This document shows positions 18,682 to 28,984 of a stretch of 64,000 nt of DNA, piece after piece (positions within the stretch are counted from its first letter, which is position 1; each line of letters begins with the position of its first letter). The notes under the pieces are model-generated. The model was not told the origin of the DNA. It did not search any database and was given only the letters and a program-made list of their open reading frames with translations. A program made the translations under genes and the position numbers. This stretch comes from Terriglobia bacterium (GTDB lineage Bacteria > Acidobacteriota > Terriglobia > 20CM-2-55-15): NCBI GenBank assembly GCA_965198225.1, contig CBDAOY010000004.1, forward strand, positions 320,001 through 384,000. The letters are read 5' to 3'.

Positions 18682-20040
18682 ATGAAGTTCTTAACCGTGA
18701 CATTCCTGACCGCTTTCTTGCTCGCGCTGCCCGGTTGCGGGGCGCCGCCTTCGGAACAACCTGAGGAGGCTGCGGCGTCATCGGGCGACACGCTGCCGGT
18801 GGCCTTTGTCGGAGTCAACGTGGTTCCCATGGACTCCGAGCAGGTTTTGAACGAACAGACCGTGGTGATCCAGGGCAGCCGCATCGCCGCGATCGGCCCG
18901 GCCGGAGAGGTCGAGGTGCCTGATGGCGCGGTCCTGGTCGACGGTACCGGCAAGTATCTGATGCCCGGTCTTGCGGAGATGCACGGTCATATCCCCCCGC
19001 CGAATCAACCGGCGGAGTTTACCGAAGCCGTACTCTTCATGTTCGTCGCCAACGGCGTCACGACGGTTCGGGGCATGCTGGGTGCAGAGGGACAGCTGGA
19101 TTTGCGGGACCGCTCGAATCGCGGTGAACTCGTCGCACCCAACCTCTACCTGGCCGGGCCCAGCTTCAACGACAACTCGATCGGCTCCCCGGAAGAAGCT
19201 GTCGAGAAGGTTCGAGCGCAAAAGGCCGAAGGGTGGGACCTGCTGAAGATCCACCCGGGTTTGACCATGGAAGAATACGACGCGATGGCCGATACGGCAC
19301 GGGAAGAAGCGATCCGTTTCGGCGGACACGTTCCTGCCGAAGTTGGCCTGGCTCACGCGATCGAAATGGGGCAGGAGACGTTCGATCATCTCGACGGTTA
19401 CGTCGAGTACCTCGATGGAGACAGCGGGCCGGTCGACGACCAGAAACTTGCCGACATTGTCCAGAAAACCAAGGATGCGGGAGCGTGGGTCGTTCCGACG
19501 ATGGCGCTCTGGGAGACGCTGATGGGCACGAGTGCCCTGGAAGCCCTGACGAGCTTCCCCGAGTTGAAGTTCATGCCGCCCGACCAGGTAGGCCGGTGGA
19601 GGGAACAGCACGAGTCGCGCCTGTCGGCTGACGGTTTCGATGCAGCCCGCGCCCGACAGATCATCGACAGTCGGATGCGCATCCTCAAAGCGCTTCATGA
19701 TGGCGGTGTTCCCATCCTGATGGGAACCGATGCCCCCCAGCAATTCAGCGTCCCCGGGTTCTCTATTCACAGGGAGCTTCAAGTGATGGCCGCTGCCGGG
19801 ATGTCGCCCTTCGAGATCATCAAGTCCGGCAGCGTCAACGTTGGAGAGTACTTCAAGGACCACCACGATTTCGGTACGGTCGAAGTCGGGAAACGCGCCG
19901 ACCTGTTGCTGGTAAATGCGAATCCGCTGGAAGACGTCGCCAACGTCGCCGATCGCTCCGGCGTGATGGTGCGTGGCGCCTGGCTGCCGGAGGATCGCAT
20001 CAAGGAACGTCTGGCGGAGATCGCCGCATCCAATAATTAG
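18682..20040 (+). CDS. Lipoprotein amidohydrolase
   Basis: GGAGG RBS, lipobox LPGC, and motifs MPGLAEMHGH, GTDAP and GKRADLLLV. Confidence 0.85.
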   Translation: MKFLTVTFLTAFLLALPGCGAPPSEQPEEAAASSGDTLPVAFVGVNVVPMDSEQVLNEQTVVIQGSRIAAIGPAGEVEVPDGAVLVDGTGKYLMPGLAEMHGHIPPPNQPAEFTEAVLFMFVANGVTTVRGMLGAEGQLDLRDRSNRGELVAPNLYLAGPSFNDNSIGSPEEAVEKVRAQKAEGWDLLKIHPGLTMEEYDAMADTAREEAIRFGGHVPAEVGLAHAIEMGQETFDHLDGYVEYLDGDSGPVDDQKLADIVQKTKDAGAWVVPTMALWETLMGTSALEALTSFPELKFMPPDQVGRWREQHESRLSADGFDAARARQIIDSRMRILKALHDGGVPILMGTDAPQQFSVPGFSIHRELQVMAAAGMSPFEIIKSGSVNVGEYFKDHHDFGTVEVGKRADLLLVNANPLEDVANVADRSGVMVRGAWLPEDRIKERLAEIAASNN

Positions 20041-20050
20041 CTTGAGAAAC

Positions 20051-22174
20051 ATGCATTACCGTAATCGTTTTGTGGGCGGTAACCTCCGTCTTGCCGCAGT
20101 GTTGCTGCTGCTTACCCTCGTCCTGACCTCCTGTGGAGACACCGGTCCGGCGACCGAAACCGAGATCCTGTGGGACACCTGGGGGGTCCCTCACATCTAC
20201 GCCCAGACCTGGGAGGGCTTGTTCCACGCATTCGGCTGGGCTCAGATGCGCAGTCACGGGGACCTGATACTCAAGCTCTACGGCGAGGCTCGCGGTCGCG
20301 CAGCCGAGTACTGGGGAGAGGACCACCTCGAATCCGATCGATACATTCGGAGGATGGGTGTTCCCGGCCGGTCGGAAGAGTGGTTGGGGGTCCAGAACCC
20401 TGGCATCCGTGCCTACCTCGAAGCATTTGCAGCCGGGATGAACGAGTATGCCGAGGAGCACCCGGACCTGATCGCCGACGAGATGGAGGTTGTCTTGCCC
20501 GTCGTGCCATCGGACGTCCTCGCGCACCTTCAGCGGGTCTTCCACCTGCGGTTCGTCGGCGGAACAATACAACCGGCTCTCGGCCGCCTCGGAGCACTGG
20601 GTTCGAATGGTTGGGCGATCGGTAGCCAACGGTCCGAAAGCGAGAACGCCATGCTGCTGGCGAATCCTCACCTGCCGTGGTCGGACTTTTTCCTGTTTTA
20701 CGAGGCACAGCTTGTCGCGCCGGACCTCGACGCATACGGTGCCACTCTGGTCGGGCTCCCCATACTCGGAATCGCCTTCAACGACTACCTGGGATGGACG
20801 CACACCGTCAGCACAATGGACGGAGCCGATCTTTACGAGGTTTTTCTCGACGGAGAAGGTTACTTCTGGCCGCCGGTGGGTTTCGGCCCGGACTACGTTC
20901 GGGAATTCGATTCGCGGGATGAGACGCTGCGAGTCAAGCAGGCGGACGGCTCCCTGCGGGACGAAGTCCTGACCATTCGCAGTACCGATCACGGGCCCGT
21001 CGTCGGCGTGCGTGAAGACAGCGTTCTGGTAGCGCGGATAGTCGGGTTGGATCAGCCCCATATGGTCGAACAGTACTGGGACATGATGCGGGCCACGAAC
21101 ATTGACGACTTTGAAGAGAGTGTCAGCCGGCTCCAGAACCCCGCTTTCAATGTCCTCTACGCGGACCGGGACGGTCACATCATGTACTTGTTCGGGGGGC
21201 GTCAACCGGTTCGGGCGGAGGACCTTGTCTGGGAATACTCGCAGGGAATACTGCCCGGTAATCATCCGATCAACATCTGGGATCAGACGCACGCCTACAG
21301 GGAACTGCCTCGCCTTCTCGATCCGGCGAGCGGCTGGGTCCAGAATGCCAACGACCCGCCGTGGACCTCGACACTGCCGATGCAACTCGACCCGAAAGAC
21401 TTTCCAGACTACATGGCGCCTCGCGGCATGAGTTTCCGCGCCCAGCGGTCTGCCAGGATGCTCGAAGAGGATGAGTCGATCAGTTTCGATGAAATGATCG
21501 AGTACAAACACTCCACACGGATGGAGTTGGCAGACCGGATTCTCGACGACTTGATTCCGGCCGCTCGCCGTCGTGGCAGAGGGGCTCGCGCCGCCGCCGA
21601 GGTGTTGGATGCGTGGGATCGGGAGGCGAACGCGGACAGTCGAGGCGCCGTCCTGTTCCAGGCGTGGGTCACGGAAGTCGGCCTGGACTCGGGAATCTTC
21701 GAAACCTCGTGGGATGAAGAGAATCCACGGACGACACCCGATGGTTTGCGCGACCCCCGTGCCGCCGCTGCCGCACTGGAAACCGCGGCCGGCAAAGTCG
21801 AGGAAGACTACGGTGCACTCGACGTCGCGTGGGGAGACGTCTATCGTTTGCGGTACGCCGGCAAAGACCTTCCCGCCAACGGCGCCCCCGGCGATCTTGG
21901 CGTTTTTCGCGTTCTCGAGTTCGATCCGGATGGGGAGCTTTACCGCGCAACGTATGGAGACAGCTACGTCGCTGCAATCGAGTTCTCCGATCCCGTTCAG
22001 GCCCGGGTCCTTCTCAGCTACGGAAACGCGAGCCAACCCCATTCGCCGCATCGCGGCGACCAATTGGAACTGTTTGCCAACAAGCAATTGCGCCAGGCGT
22101 GGCGAAGTCGAGCCGAAACGGAGAGCAACCTGGAGAGTTCCGAGACCCTGCAGTTCCGGCTCCCGCGGCGCTGA
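20051..22174 (+). CDS. Penicillin/cephalosporin acylase family (peptidase S45, Ntn hydrolase)
   Basis: WDTWGVPHIY, autocleavage motif GSNGWAI, and ANPHLPW. Confidence 0.9.
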   Translation: MHYRNRFVGGNLRLAAVLLLLTLVLTSCGDTGPATETEILWDTWGVPHIYAQTWEGLFHAFGWAQMRSHGDLILKLYGEARGRAAEYWGEDHLESDRYIRRMGVPGRSEEWLGVQNPGIRAYLEAFAAGMNEYAEEHPDLIADEMEVVLPVVPSDVLAHLQRVFHLRFVGGTIQPALGRLGALGSNGWAIGSQRSESENAMLLANPHLPWSDFFLFYEAQLVAPDLDAYGATLVGLPILGIAFNDYLGWTHTVSTMDGADLYEVFLDGEGYFWPPVGFGPDYVREFDSRDETLRVKQADGSLRDEVLTIRSTDHGPVVGVREDSVLVARIVGLDQPHMVEQYWDMMRATNIDDFEESVSRLQNPAFNVLYADRDGHIMYLFGGRQPVRAEDLVWEYSQGILPGNHPINIWDQTHAYRELPRLLDPASGWVQNANDPPWTSTLPMQLDPKDFPDYMAPRGMSFRAQRSARMLEEDESISFDEMIEYKHSTRMELADRILDDLIPAARRRGRGARAAAEVLDAWDREANADSRGAVLFQAWVTEVGLDSGIFETSWDEENPRTTPDGLRDPRAAAAALETAAGKVEEDYGALDVAWGDVYRLRYAGKDLPANGAPGDLGVFRVLEFDPDGELYRATYGDSYVAAIEFSDPVQARVLLSYGNASQPHSPHRGDQLELFANKQLRQAWRSRAETESNLESSETLQFRLPRR

Positions 22175-22180
22175 ATCAAA

Positions 22181-22246
22181 TGTAGGTGCGGTCTATGACC
22201 GCACATGTTTGGCTCGAACAGTGTGCGGTCATAGACCGCACCTACA
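22181..22246. repeat. GTAG-type REP doublet
   Basis: TGTAGGTGCGGTCTATGACCGCAC ... GTGCGGTCATAGACCGCACCTACA, between convergent genes. Confidence 0.85.
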
Positions 22247-22249
22247 CGA

Positions 22250-25200
22250 TCATCCGCCGTTGTCGATCTGCTTCAGCAGTTCTTCGACGGCTTTGTCCAG
22301 TTGGGAATCCCGACCCGTGAAACTCTCGCCGATCGGCCGCTTTACCTCGATGTCGACGCCTCGGGGATTCATCTCCATGACCGTACCGTCGTTGGTCGTC
22401 ACACGCCATCCGGGTACCCGGAAGCTGGAGCCGTCGATCAGCCTCCTGCCGCTGGTGTAGATGATCCAGCCAGCCGTCGGCTCGCCCACGACCTTGCCGA
22501 GGTTGAGCGTGCGGTAGCCTTCAGTGAAGTCTTCGGCGTCGGAGAGCGACTGCTGATTGGTGACGAGTATGGTCGGAGATTCCAGCGCGCGCTGTCCCAG
22601 GATCGATCGCGCAGGTGTCGCGGGCTGACCCCTCGGTGTCAAGGTCAGGTACCCACGCCTGGAGAACACGTCGATCGCATACACGTTGACGAACCCGCCG
22701 CTGTTTTCGCGAATATCGATGACGACGCCCTCCCGTGAGTGGTTTTCGGCATCGAGATCCACATGCAGCCGGTTCAGGGCGCCTGCCGACATGTTGAGCA
22801 TGTGCACGTAGCCCAACCGCCCGTCGCTGATGCGATTGACGTAGGCGCGATTGTCTTCCACCCACCGCCGGTACTTCAGACCTTTTACCGTGTTCGTGTT
22901 GCTGGGCCGGATGGTGACGACGCGAGACTCCGCGCCGGCAGCGTCCTCGCCGAGCGTCAACTCGACCCGGCGGTTGATTTTGTGATCGAGCAGCTGATCC
23001 AGGTTGCTCCGAGCATCGAGGGACACGCCGTCGACCGCCAGCAGATAGTCGCCGACCTGAATCTCTGCCTGCAGAGCCGCCGGTCCGAGCGGCAGGATTT
23101 CGGTGATCTTCAGGTTGCCGGACCCGTCGTACTCTCGGCGGTCGAACGCCAGGCCTAAACGACCCACCGACGGGCTGTTCGAGCCGGGTGGGCGACCCAC
23201 GCCGAGGTGCGACGCGTTCAGTTCACCCACCATCAGGGACAGGATCCTCCGCATTTCGTCGGGCGACCCGGCGCCTCGTATCCGGGCGCCGTACTCGTCT
23301 CGGATGGCCTCCCAGTCGACGCCGTTGAAGTCCGGATCGAAAAAGCCGTCTCGGAGCATTGACCATCCTTCTTTGAACACCTCGAGTTTTTCCACGGCAA
23401 AATCGACGTCCATCTCTGCCGTGACGTCCAGGCGTTTCGCGTCCCGGCCTTCGACGGAGATGCTGTTGATGCGGCCCTGCTGAAGGAAGAAGATTTCCTT
23501 GCTGTCGGGAGAAAACTGGGCGCCACTCTTGGACCCTCCGGTCGAAGTCAGCTGACGGGCAACCCGGCGTTCGCTGCTCAGCTCGTCGAGCGAGTACAGG
23601 TAGAGGTTCTGGGAGCCTTCGGCGCTCGCGATCATCAGCAGCCATTGTCCATCCGGGCTGATCACCTGATACCCGGCGGCGACGCCGATCGGCACCAGGC
23701 TCAGGCGTTCCCGAATGTCATCGAAGACGATTTCCACGGGAGTCTCCGAAGGCTCCTCTTCCTCGTCTTCGGCCGTCTCTTCCTCATCCGGATCCTCGGG
23801 TTCATCCGACGGGGGCACTTCTTCGAAGAGTTCGCGGAACTGGTCCTCCCTGAACTCGGGGGTGCGTAATACGAGGTCGACGCGTGCGATCTGTCCCGGT
23901 TCGGTCCGCTGAGCCGTGTCGAACAGGATGAACTCACCGTCCGGACTCCACGAGAGGGTGCCTCCATATGTGTTGGCCAGGAAACTGACGGGCCGGGCAG
24001 GACCTCCGTCTCTCGGAACGACGTGGATGTTGCGGAAAGACTTGTCGTCGATCGGGGCGAACGCGAGCCATTGGCTGTCGGGTGACCACCCATATTGTCG
24101 ATTGGATGGGAAACGCCGGAAGGTGCCCGACGCCAGCAGCCTTTCTTCCCCGTTGTCCAGTTCGATTGCCCGCAGTTCACGATCGGCGCGCTGGAAGGCA
24201 ATCATCTCGCCGTCGGGCGAGAAGACGGGCGCGTAGTCATCTTCGCTATCGCTCGTGAGCCGCATTTCTGCATCATCGGCAAAACTGTAGGTGAACACGT
24301 CGAGCGACTCGTTTCGAGAGGACACGTAGGCGAGACCCTGGCTGTCGGGTGACCAGGTGACCCACGACTCCCGCTGGGGAGTTCGGGTCACCCGCGTTGC
24401 CACACCCCCGTCCGCGGCAGAGGCTGCGAAGACCTCGCCGTGAACGACGAAGGCGACCTTCTTGCCGTCGGGCGAGAGTGCCAGTTCCTGGAACTCGTCG
24501 GAGTACGTCCGGTGCTCCACGCCGGGAACGGCGGCCACGCCTCGCCGCGTGATCGGAACGGGGTTCGCCGCCCCGGAACGCGTATCGAGTTTCCAGACCG
24601 CAAAATCGCGCTCGAATACGATGACGCTTCCATCGTATGAAATCGTGGGCCAGAGAACACGGCCGTCATCGAAATCCGTTACCTGCCGGCCCTCCCGTCC
24701 CGGCACCTGGGTCCAGATATTTTCCGAACCGGTCCGGTCCGACACGTAGAAGAGCCGGTCGCCCGCGGGGTTCCACATCGGCCACAGGTCTTTCGCACCG
24801 CCGTTCGTCACGGCTTCGTAGCTGGGAGTCGGGCCGTCGCTCATCAGCCAGATCTCGGATTCGTCGATGTGGCTGTGTCCGTTGCGCCACCACTGGCCCG
24901 AAACGATGCCACGAGCCGTAAAAGCCAGCGTCGATCCATCCGGCGAGGGCGCGGAAAAGTACTCGTTCGTGTATCGGTCCGCCGTGACCGGCATCGGCGT
25001 ACCACCGCCCGAACGGATGCGAAACACGTCGTTCCGCGACGATATGTCCTGGTTCGTCGAGCTGAAGTAGATCCATTGGCCGTCCCGGGACCAGCCATCG
25101 AGCTGGTCGTTGCCGTCGGCGAAGGTCAGTCGCTGGACCTCCCCGGTGTCCAGCGTGAGCACATAGATGTCTCCGCCGCCCGTCCGCCTCGACACGAAGG

Positions 25201-25480
25201 CCAGTCGAGTTCCGTCGGGAGAGTAGATCGGTCGCGATTCCGTCGCTGGATGGGAGACCAGCAGGTGTCCGATGCCGCCATCCGCGGGGACGATCCATAC
25301 GTCCCCGGCGGACACGAACGCGATCTCCCCCAGGTCCGGAGAGATAGCCGGATCGCTGAAGTAGTGTGGTGCCGATCCGCTCGATCCGGACTGAGCCGGC
25401 ATCGATGCGACCGAAAACGGCAGCATGATCGCAGCGCAGACGGCGATTCGCCTCCAATGGGTCTTGAACGAGACGTTCAT
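22250..25480 (-). CDS. Tricorn-like S41 protease (PD40 propellers, PDZ, S41 domain)
   Basis: Many WSPD/FSPD blades, GELNASH, IDIRENSGG, SLSDAEDF and GEPTAG. Confidence 0.9.
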   Translation of the reverse strand: MNVSFKTHWRRIAVCAAIMLPFSVASMPAQSGSSGSAPHYFSDPAISPDLGEIAFVSAGDVWIVPADGGIGHLLVSHPATESRPIYSPDGTRLAFVSRRTGGGDIYVLTLDTGEVQRLTFADGNDQLDGWSRDGQWIYFSSTNQDISSRNDVFRIRSGGGTPMPVTADRYTNEYFSAPSPDGSTLAFTARGIVSGQWWRNGHSHIDESEIWLMSDGPTPSYEAVTNGGAKDLWPMWNPAGDRLFYVSDRTGSENIWTQVPGREGRQVTDFDDGRVLWPTISYDGSVIVFERDFAVWKLDTRSGAANPVPITRRGVAAVPGVEHRTYSDEFQELALSPDGKKVAFVVHGEVFAASAADGGVATRVTRTPQRESWVTWSPDSQGLAYVSSRNESLDVFTYSFADDAEMRLTSDSEDDYAPVFSPDGEMIAFQRADRELRAIELDNGEERLLASGTFRRFPSNRQYGWSPDSQWLAFAPIDDKSFRNIHVVPRDGGPARPVSFLANTYGGTLSWSPDGEFILFDTAQRTEPGQIARVDLVLRTPEFREDQFRELFEEVPPSDEPEDPDEEETAEDEEEEPSETPVEIVFDDIRERLSLVPIGVAAGYQVISPDGQWLLMIASAEGSQNLYLYSLDELSSERRVARQLTSTGGSKSGAQFSPDSKEIFFLQQGRINSISVEGRDAKRLDVTAEMDVDFAVEKLEVFKEGWSMLRDGFFDPDFNGVDWEAIRDEYGARIRGAGSPDEMRRILSLMVGELNASHLGVGRPPGSNSPSVGRLGLAFDRREYDGSGNLKITEILPLGPAALQAEIQVGDYLLAVDGVSLDARSNLDQLLDHKINRRVELTLGEDAAGAESRVVTIRPSNTNTVKGLKYRRWVEDNRAYVNRISDGRLGYVHMLNMSAGALNRLHVDLDAENHSREGVVIDIRENSGGFVNVYAIDVFSRRGYLTLTPRGQPATPARSILGQRALESPTILVTNQQSLSDAEDFTEGYRTLNLGKVVGEPTAGWIIYTSGRRLIDGSSFRVPGWRVTTNDGTVMEMNPRGVDIEVKRPIGESFTGRDSQLDKAVEELLKQIDNGG

Positions 25481-25601
25481 GGCGTCCTCCCGGGGTCGTG
25501 GCAGGGTTAAGGCAGTCGAGGAACGTGCCGAATCTTATCCCGAAGGGTTGGGTGATTACAAACCTGCGAACCTCGACCGGTCCGAGAGCGGCGGTTCGGT
25601 G

Positions 25602-27137
25602 CTACTTCCGCTTGACGCTCCGCCCCAAAGCCATCAGGAAGATCGCGCTCTTGCCGGCAGCGTGGGGCGAGAAGAACTCCGTCACCTCGTCATCGTAGAA
25701 GGTGAGACCTGTCGCCCCGAGTCGCTGCGCATAAGCGGCAAGGTAGAGCTTCCCTCCGATGATTCCTGCCTCCAGTTGGGTGGCTCGATAGCCGCGGTTT
25801 CCGAACCGTTCGAGGATGGTGCGCAAATCTGCGAGGAAGAAGAGAGCGACGCTGGCGTCTCCCGGTAATGCCTGGTCCAGCCCGAGGTGTGCGGCGGTTC
25901 CGCGAAAATCCCCCTCCTTGAGGCACTCGAGTTCCTGATTGATGCGTCTGTAGAAGTACGCACCCGGCTTGATGCCGTCAACAGCGTTGACGATCAGGTA
26001 AAGATCGTTCAACTGGCTGCCAGGGGGTAGGAGGAAGTCGGCAGATATTCCCCGCGTCGCCCGGTCGAGCATGGTCGAAAGTTGCTCCAGCGCGATCGGC
26101 TCCCGCGAGAACTGCCGTGTCGAGCCGCGCCGCAGGATGACGCTCTCGATCGCGTCCGTCGCCAGTCCGTCGTCTCCCTGTGGCGTCAGTTTGACTATTG
26201 CTCCCGAAGCCGGATCCTCGAGTGCGGCGGCCAGGGACCCCTTCCATTCCGTGACTTCCTTTGTCGAGGTCAGCGACGATGCTTCGTGCAGCCGGTTCAT
26301 CGCCGGGTAGCGCACTTCGGTCGGAGACAAGGGAACCGTCGCCAGGTTCAGCGCGGGGAGTTGTTCCTGAGGCTCGGGAGCAGGTTCGTCGGCGACACCC
26401 AGGGAGACCAGCGAGAACGCGACTTCACGCTCGGTGTCGAGGTCGAGCACGCGGTTGACCTCCTCGTCGACGAATCCGGAATACACCCGGGCCGGTACAC
26501 CCATCGCCGCTGAGACGGCGAGCATGTTGGCCAGGATCGTGCCGTTGTCCCAGCCGAAGTGCCGGTACGTTCGGGACTCGTATTTCCAGGCATTGCGCCA
26601 GTAGGTTCCAGTGCAGACGATAACGACGGGTGCGTGGACCATGGTCTCGTCGGCAGCAGTTGCGGCGGCGATGCACCCTCGGTGATCGCCGTCGCGCAGT
26701 TTCCGAAGACCGAAGTCGCTCGCACCGAACTGGTAGACGCCGGCATCGAGATCGGGCAGATCCCGGCAGACGACGTACAGCTCGATTTCATAGAGCGCTC
26801 CGGTGCACGATGCGGCGCGGAAATACAGTTCCGTGCCCGGGTAGTCGGCCTTCTTGATGATTCCTGCTGAAAAGTAGAGAAGCTGGGCCAGGTCTTCAAG
26901 CGTGGGCGTCGAGGCGGTAAGCTCGGTTGAAGGGGAGCCGGAGACAGCCAGCAAAGCCGGTACCTCGGTCCTCTGTATCTTCTTCTCGAAGAGCGCCGGC
27001 TTGAGCGTCGGATAGATCTTGAATGGGATCGGCTGGTTCGGCCAATCCAGGGTGTGGCCACTGCTCTGAACGCTCCACGCCGAGTGTTTCGTCCGTTCGT
27101 GGTACTCCAGGCTCGCTTCCAGGTCACGGTTCGTCAT
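25602..27137 (-). CDS. SagB/ThcOx-family dehydrogenase with two nitroreductase domains
   Basis: YHERTKH, RAASCTGALYEIELY, WKYESRTYR, RRGSTRQF and RGYRATQLEAG. Confidence 0.85.
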   Translation of the reverse strand: MTNRDLEASLEYHERTKHSAWSVQSSGHTLDWPNQPIPFKIYPTLKPALFEKKIQRTEVPALLAVSGSPSTELTASTPTLEDLAQLLYFSAGIIKKADYPGTELYFRAASCTGALYEIELYVVCRDLPDLDAGVYQFGASDFGLRKLRDGDHRGCIAAATAADETMVHAPVVIVCTGTYWRNAWKYESRTYRHFGWDNGTILANMLAVSAAMGVPARVYSGFVDEEVNRVLDLDTEREVAFSLVSLGVADEPAPEPQEQLPALNLATVPLSPTEVRYPAMNRLHEASSLTSTKEVTEWKGSLAAALEDPASGAIVKLTPQGDDGLATDAIESVILRRGSTRQFSREPIALEQLSTMLDRATRGISADFLLPPGSQLNDLYLIVNAVDGIKPGAYFYRRINQELECLKEGDFRGTAAHLGLDQALPGDASVALFFLADLRTILERFGNRGYRATQLEAGIIGGKLYLAAYAQRLGATGLTFYDDEVTEFFSPHAAGKSAIFLMALGRSVKRK

Positions 27138-27658
27138 ACTTCCGGACTCCGCTCGGTCGCGGGTTCACCGCTCTCATCGCGGATGATTCCCGACCCATCG
27201 GTGTAGAAATGTCTCTTCGTCTCGGGGTTCATGATCGGGATAGCCTCGATCGAGTAGCCGAACCTCCCCGATTCGACAACGAAGCGGTATCGGTAGCCCG
27301 TTACCGTGACCGAGCCCAATACCGGCTCGGCCAGGTTGGCCGCGATCAACTCCTGGATCGAGAAGGCGTACCTGCCGTTCGTTCCGAAGAACACTCCCTG
27401 TCCGGCGTGAATCGTACCGAGGGCTTCGATCGCAGACTCCTCGAGTTCGTTCTGATAGTCCCGAAGCGTTTCTATGGCTTTCGTTGCAATGACTGTGTCG
27501 GAGTAGTCGTTCTCGATACGTGTCAGCAAATGCTCGGCTTCGAGAGGTTCCCTGTTTTCCACGGCGTCCATCGCTGCCCGGTAAAGGATTCTGGACTGTT
27601 CTTCCGGATCGCCGCAGCCTGCGGCCAACAGTGTGAGTATCAGAAGAAGCTTCCGCAT
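27134..27658 (-). CDS. Lipoprotein with pilin-head-like C-terminal domain (paralog of 9794-10360)
   Basis: Lipobox AAGC and SAIEALGTIHAGQGVF..GRYAFSIQEL..GYRY..YSIEAIP..RHFYTDGSGIIR. Confidence 0.6.
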   Translation of the reverse strand: MRKLLLILTLLAAGCGDPEEQSRILYRAAMDAVENREPLEAEHLLTRIENDYSDTVIATKAIETLRDYQNELEESAIEALGTIHAGQGVFFGTNGRYAFSIQELIAANLAEPVLGSVTVTGYRYRFVVESGRFGYSIEAIPIMNPETKRHFYTDGSGIIRDESGEPATERSPEV

Positions 27659-27721
27659 GAGTCCGTCGGGAACAATGGACTAAGATAACAGGTTCTGGTG
27701 GTTTCCAGGTCGCCAGGCCCG

Positions 27722-27788
27722 TGTAGGTGCGGTCTATGACCGCACAACCTCCGAACCGAAACACGTGCGGTCATAGACCGCCCCTACA
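27722..27788. repeat. GTAG-type REP doublet (contains the agmatinase stop codon)
   Basis: Same unit as at 22181. CTA at 27784-27786 is the TAG stop of the minus-strand gene. Confidence 0.85.
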
Positions 27789-28623
27789 CCTGCTGTAGCA
27801 TCCGCCCGGCGATTTCCTTAACGATTTTCGCCGCGACAACAGAGGTCAGGTTCTGGAAATCCTTCTGTGGGTTGACCTCCACGATGTCCGCACCAACCAA
27901 CTTTCCTTCGAGACGCTGGATCGTATCGATCACCTGCCTCGGCGAAAGGCCTCCCGGTTCGGGGTGGGAGACCCCGGGCGCGTACGCCGGGTCCAGACCG
28001 TCGATGTCGACCGAGACGTAGACGGGTGAATCGAAACCCAAACTGAGGTCATCCTTCAGTGCGCGCATCTCGATCATTTCGACGCCGAACCGTTCCGCCT
28101 GCGCCCGCTGATGGCCCGTCGCCGTTCGTATGCCGACCTGCACCAATCGATCCGCCAGGTTGTTCTCCATGATCCGCGCGAACGGGGAGGCGTGCGAGTG
28201 CGGATTGTCCCCGAAGTTGTCATAGAGGTCGGGGTGGGCGTCGAAGTGAAGGATACTCAACTTGTCGTACCTGGCTCGGAACGCCTTCACGATGGGATAC
28301 GTGATCGCGTGGTCCCCGCCGAGGCAGATCGGAGGCAGTTCATGATCGAGTAGAACCTCGATCGCGTCCTGGACGGCGGCCCAGGCATCGGGAAGCCCGA
28401 CCATCTCCAGGTCGCCCGCGTCGAAGAACACGTCCGCGCCCAGGTCGACGCCGGTCTCCGTCCACATGTTGAAGGCGTCGGAAAAGAGCTGTTCCCGGAT
28501 CGCCGGAGGGGCTTCAGCCGGTCCACGGAAGAAAGAGGAGTTCGAATCGTCGGGGACGCCGATGAGGGCGAGCTTGCGTGGTTCTAACTTCTCGAGTACG
28601 GCTTTGAGTGTCTTGACGGTCAT
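27784..28623 (-). CDS. speB: Agmatinase/arginase-family ureohydrolase
   Basis: Motifs GGDHAI, HFDAHPDL, SHAS and DIDGLDP. Confidence 0.8.
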   Translation of the reverse strand: MTVKTLKAVLEKLEPRKLALIGVPDDSNSSFFRGPAEAPPAIREQLFSDAFNMWTETGVDLGADVFFDAGDLEMVGLPDAWAAVQDAIEVLLDHELPPICLGGDHAITYPIVKAFRARYDKLSILHFDAHPDLYDNFGDNPHSHASPFARIMENNLADRLVQVGIRTATGHQRAQAERFGVEMIEMRALKDDLSLGFDSPVYVSVDIDGLDPAYAPGVSHPEPGGLSPRQVIDTIQRLEGKLVGADIVEVNPQKDFQNLTSVVAAKIVKEIAGRMLQQV

Positions 28624-28732
28624 GGCTGAGCTGGAGTTTGCTTCTCTTGGTCGGTACAGGGTTCCGAGGCCGCCGCCGACTTTTTCGCTGTTAATGCTGC
28701 ATCAAGCTTGTTATCAATTTACCATCGCAACT

Positions 28733-28984
28733 ATGACAAACAAGGACGGCCCCGACGAAGCCAAAAAGACGAAACCCTCTCGAAAGCCGAAGATTGTGGC
28801 CGCGGCGGCGGTTGTTTTGACTTTCCTCGTGTGGTTGTTCTTTTACCTGATGTATCCGGACGTCCCGTTGAGCAAGACGGCCACTGGCGTCGTCCTCGTC
28901 GTCATGTTCGGTCTGGTGCAGATCGTGCTCTGGATTATCGAGTCCGTTGTGTTGAAGAAACGAGGCATTGATGTTGGAGGTTAG
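28733..28984 (+). CDS. Small 2-TM hypothetical protein
   Basis: MTNKDGPDEAKK.. followed by two hydrophobic segments. Overlaps the start of the next gene. Confidence 0.55.
   Translation: MTNKDGPDEAKKTKPSRKPKIVAAAAVVLTFLVWLFFYLMYPDVPLSKTATGVVLVVMFGLVQIVLWIIESVVLKKRGIDVGG

Noticed and set aside
25602-27137. SagB gene as an azole-RiPP cluster
   Set aside because: No YcaO, cyclodehydratase or precursor peptide nearby.
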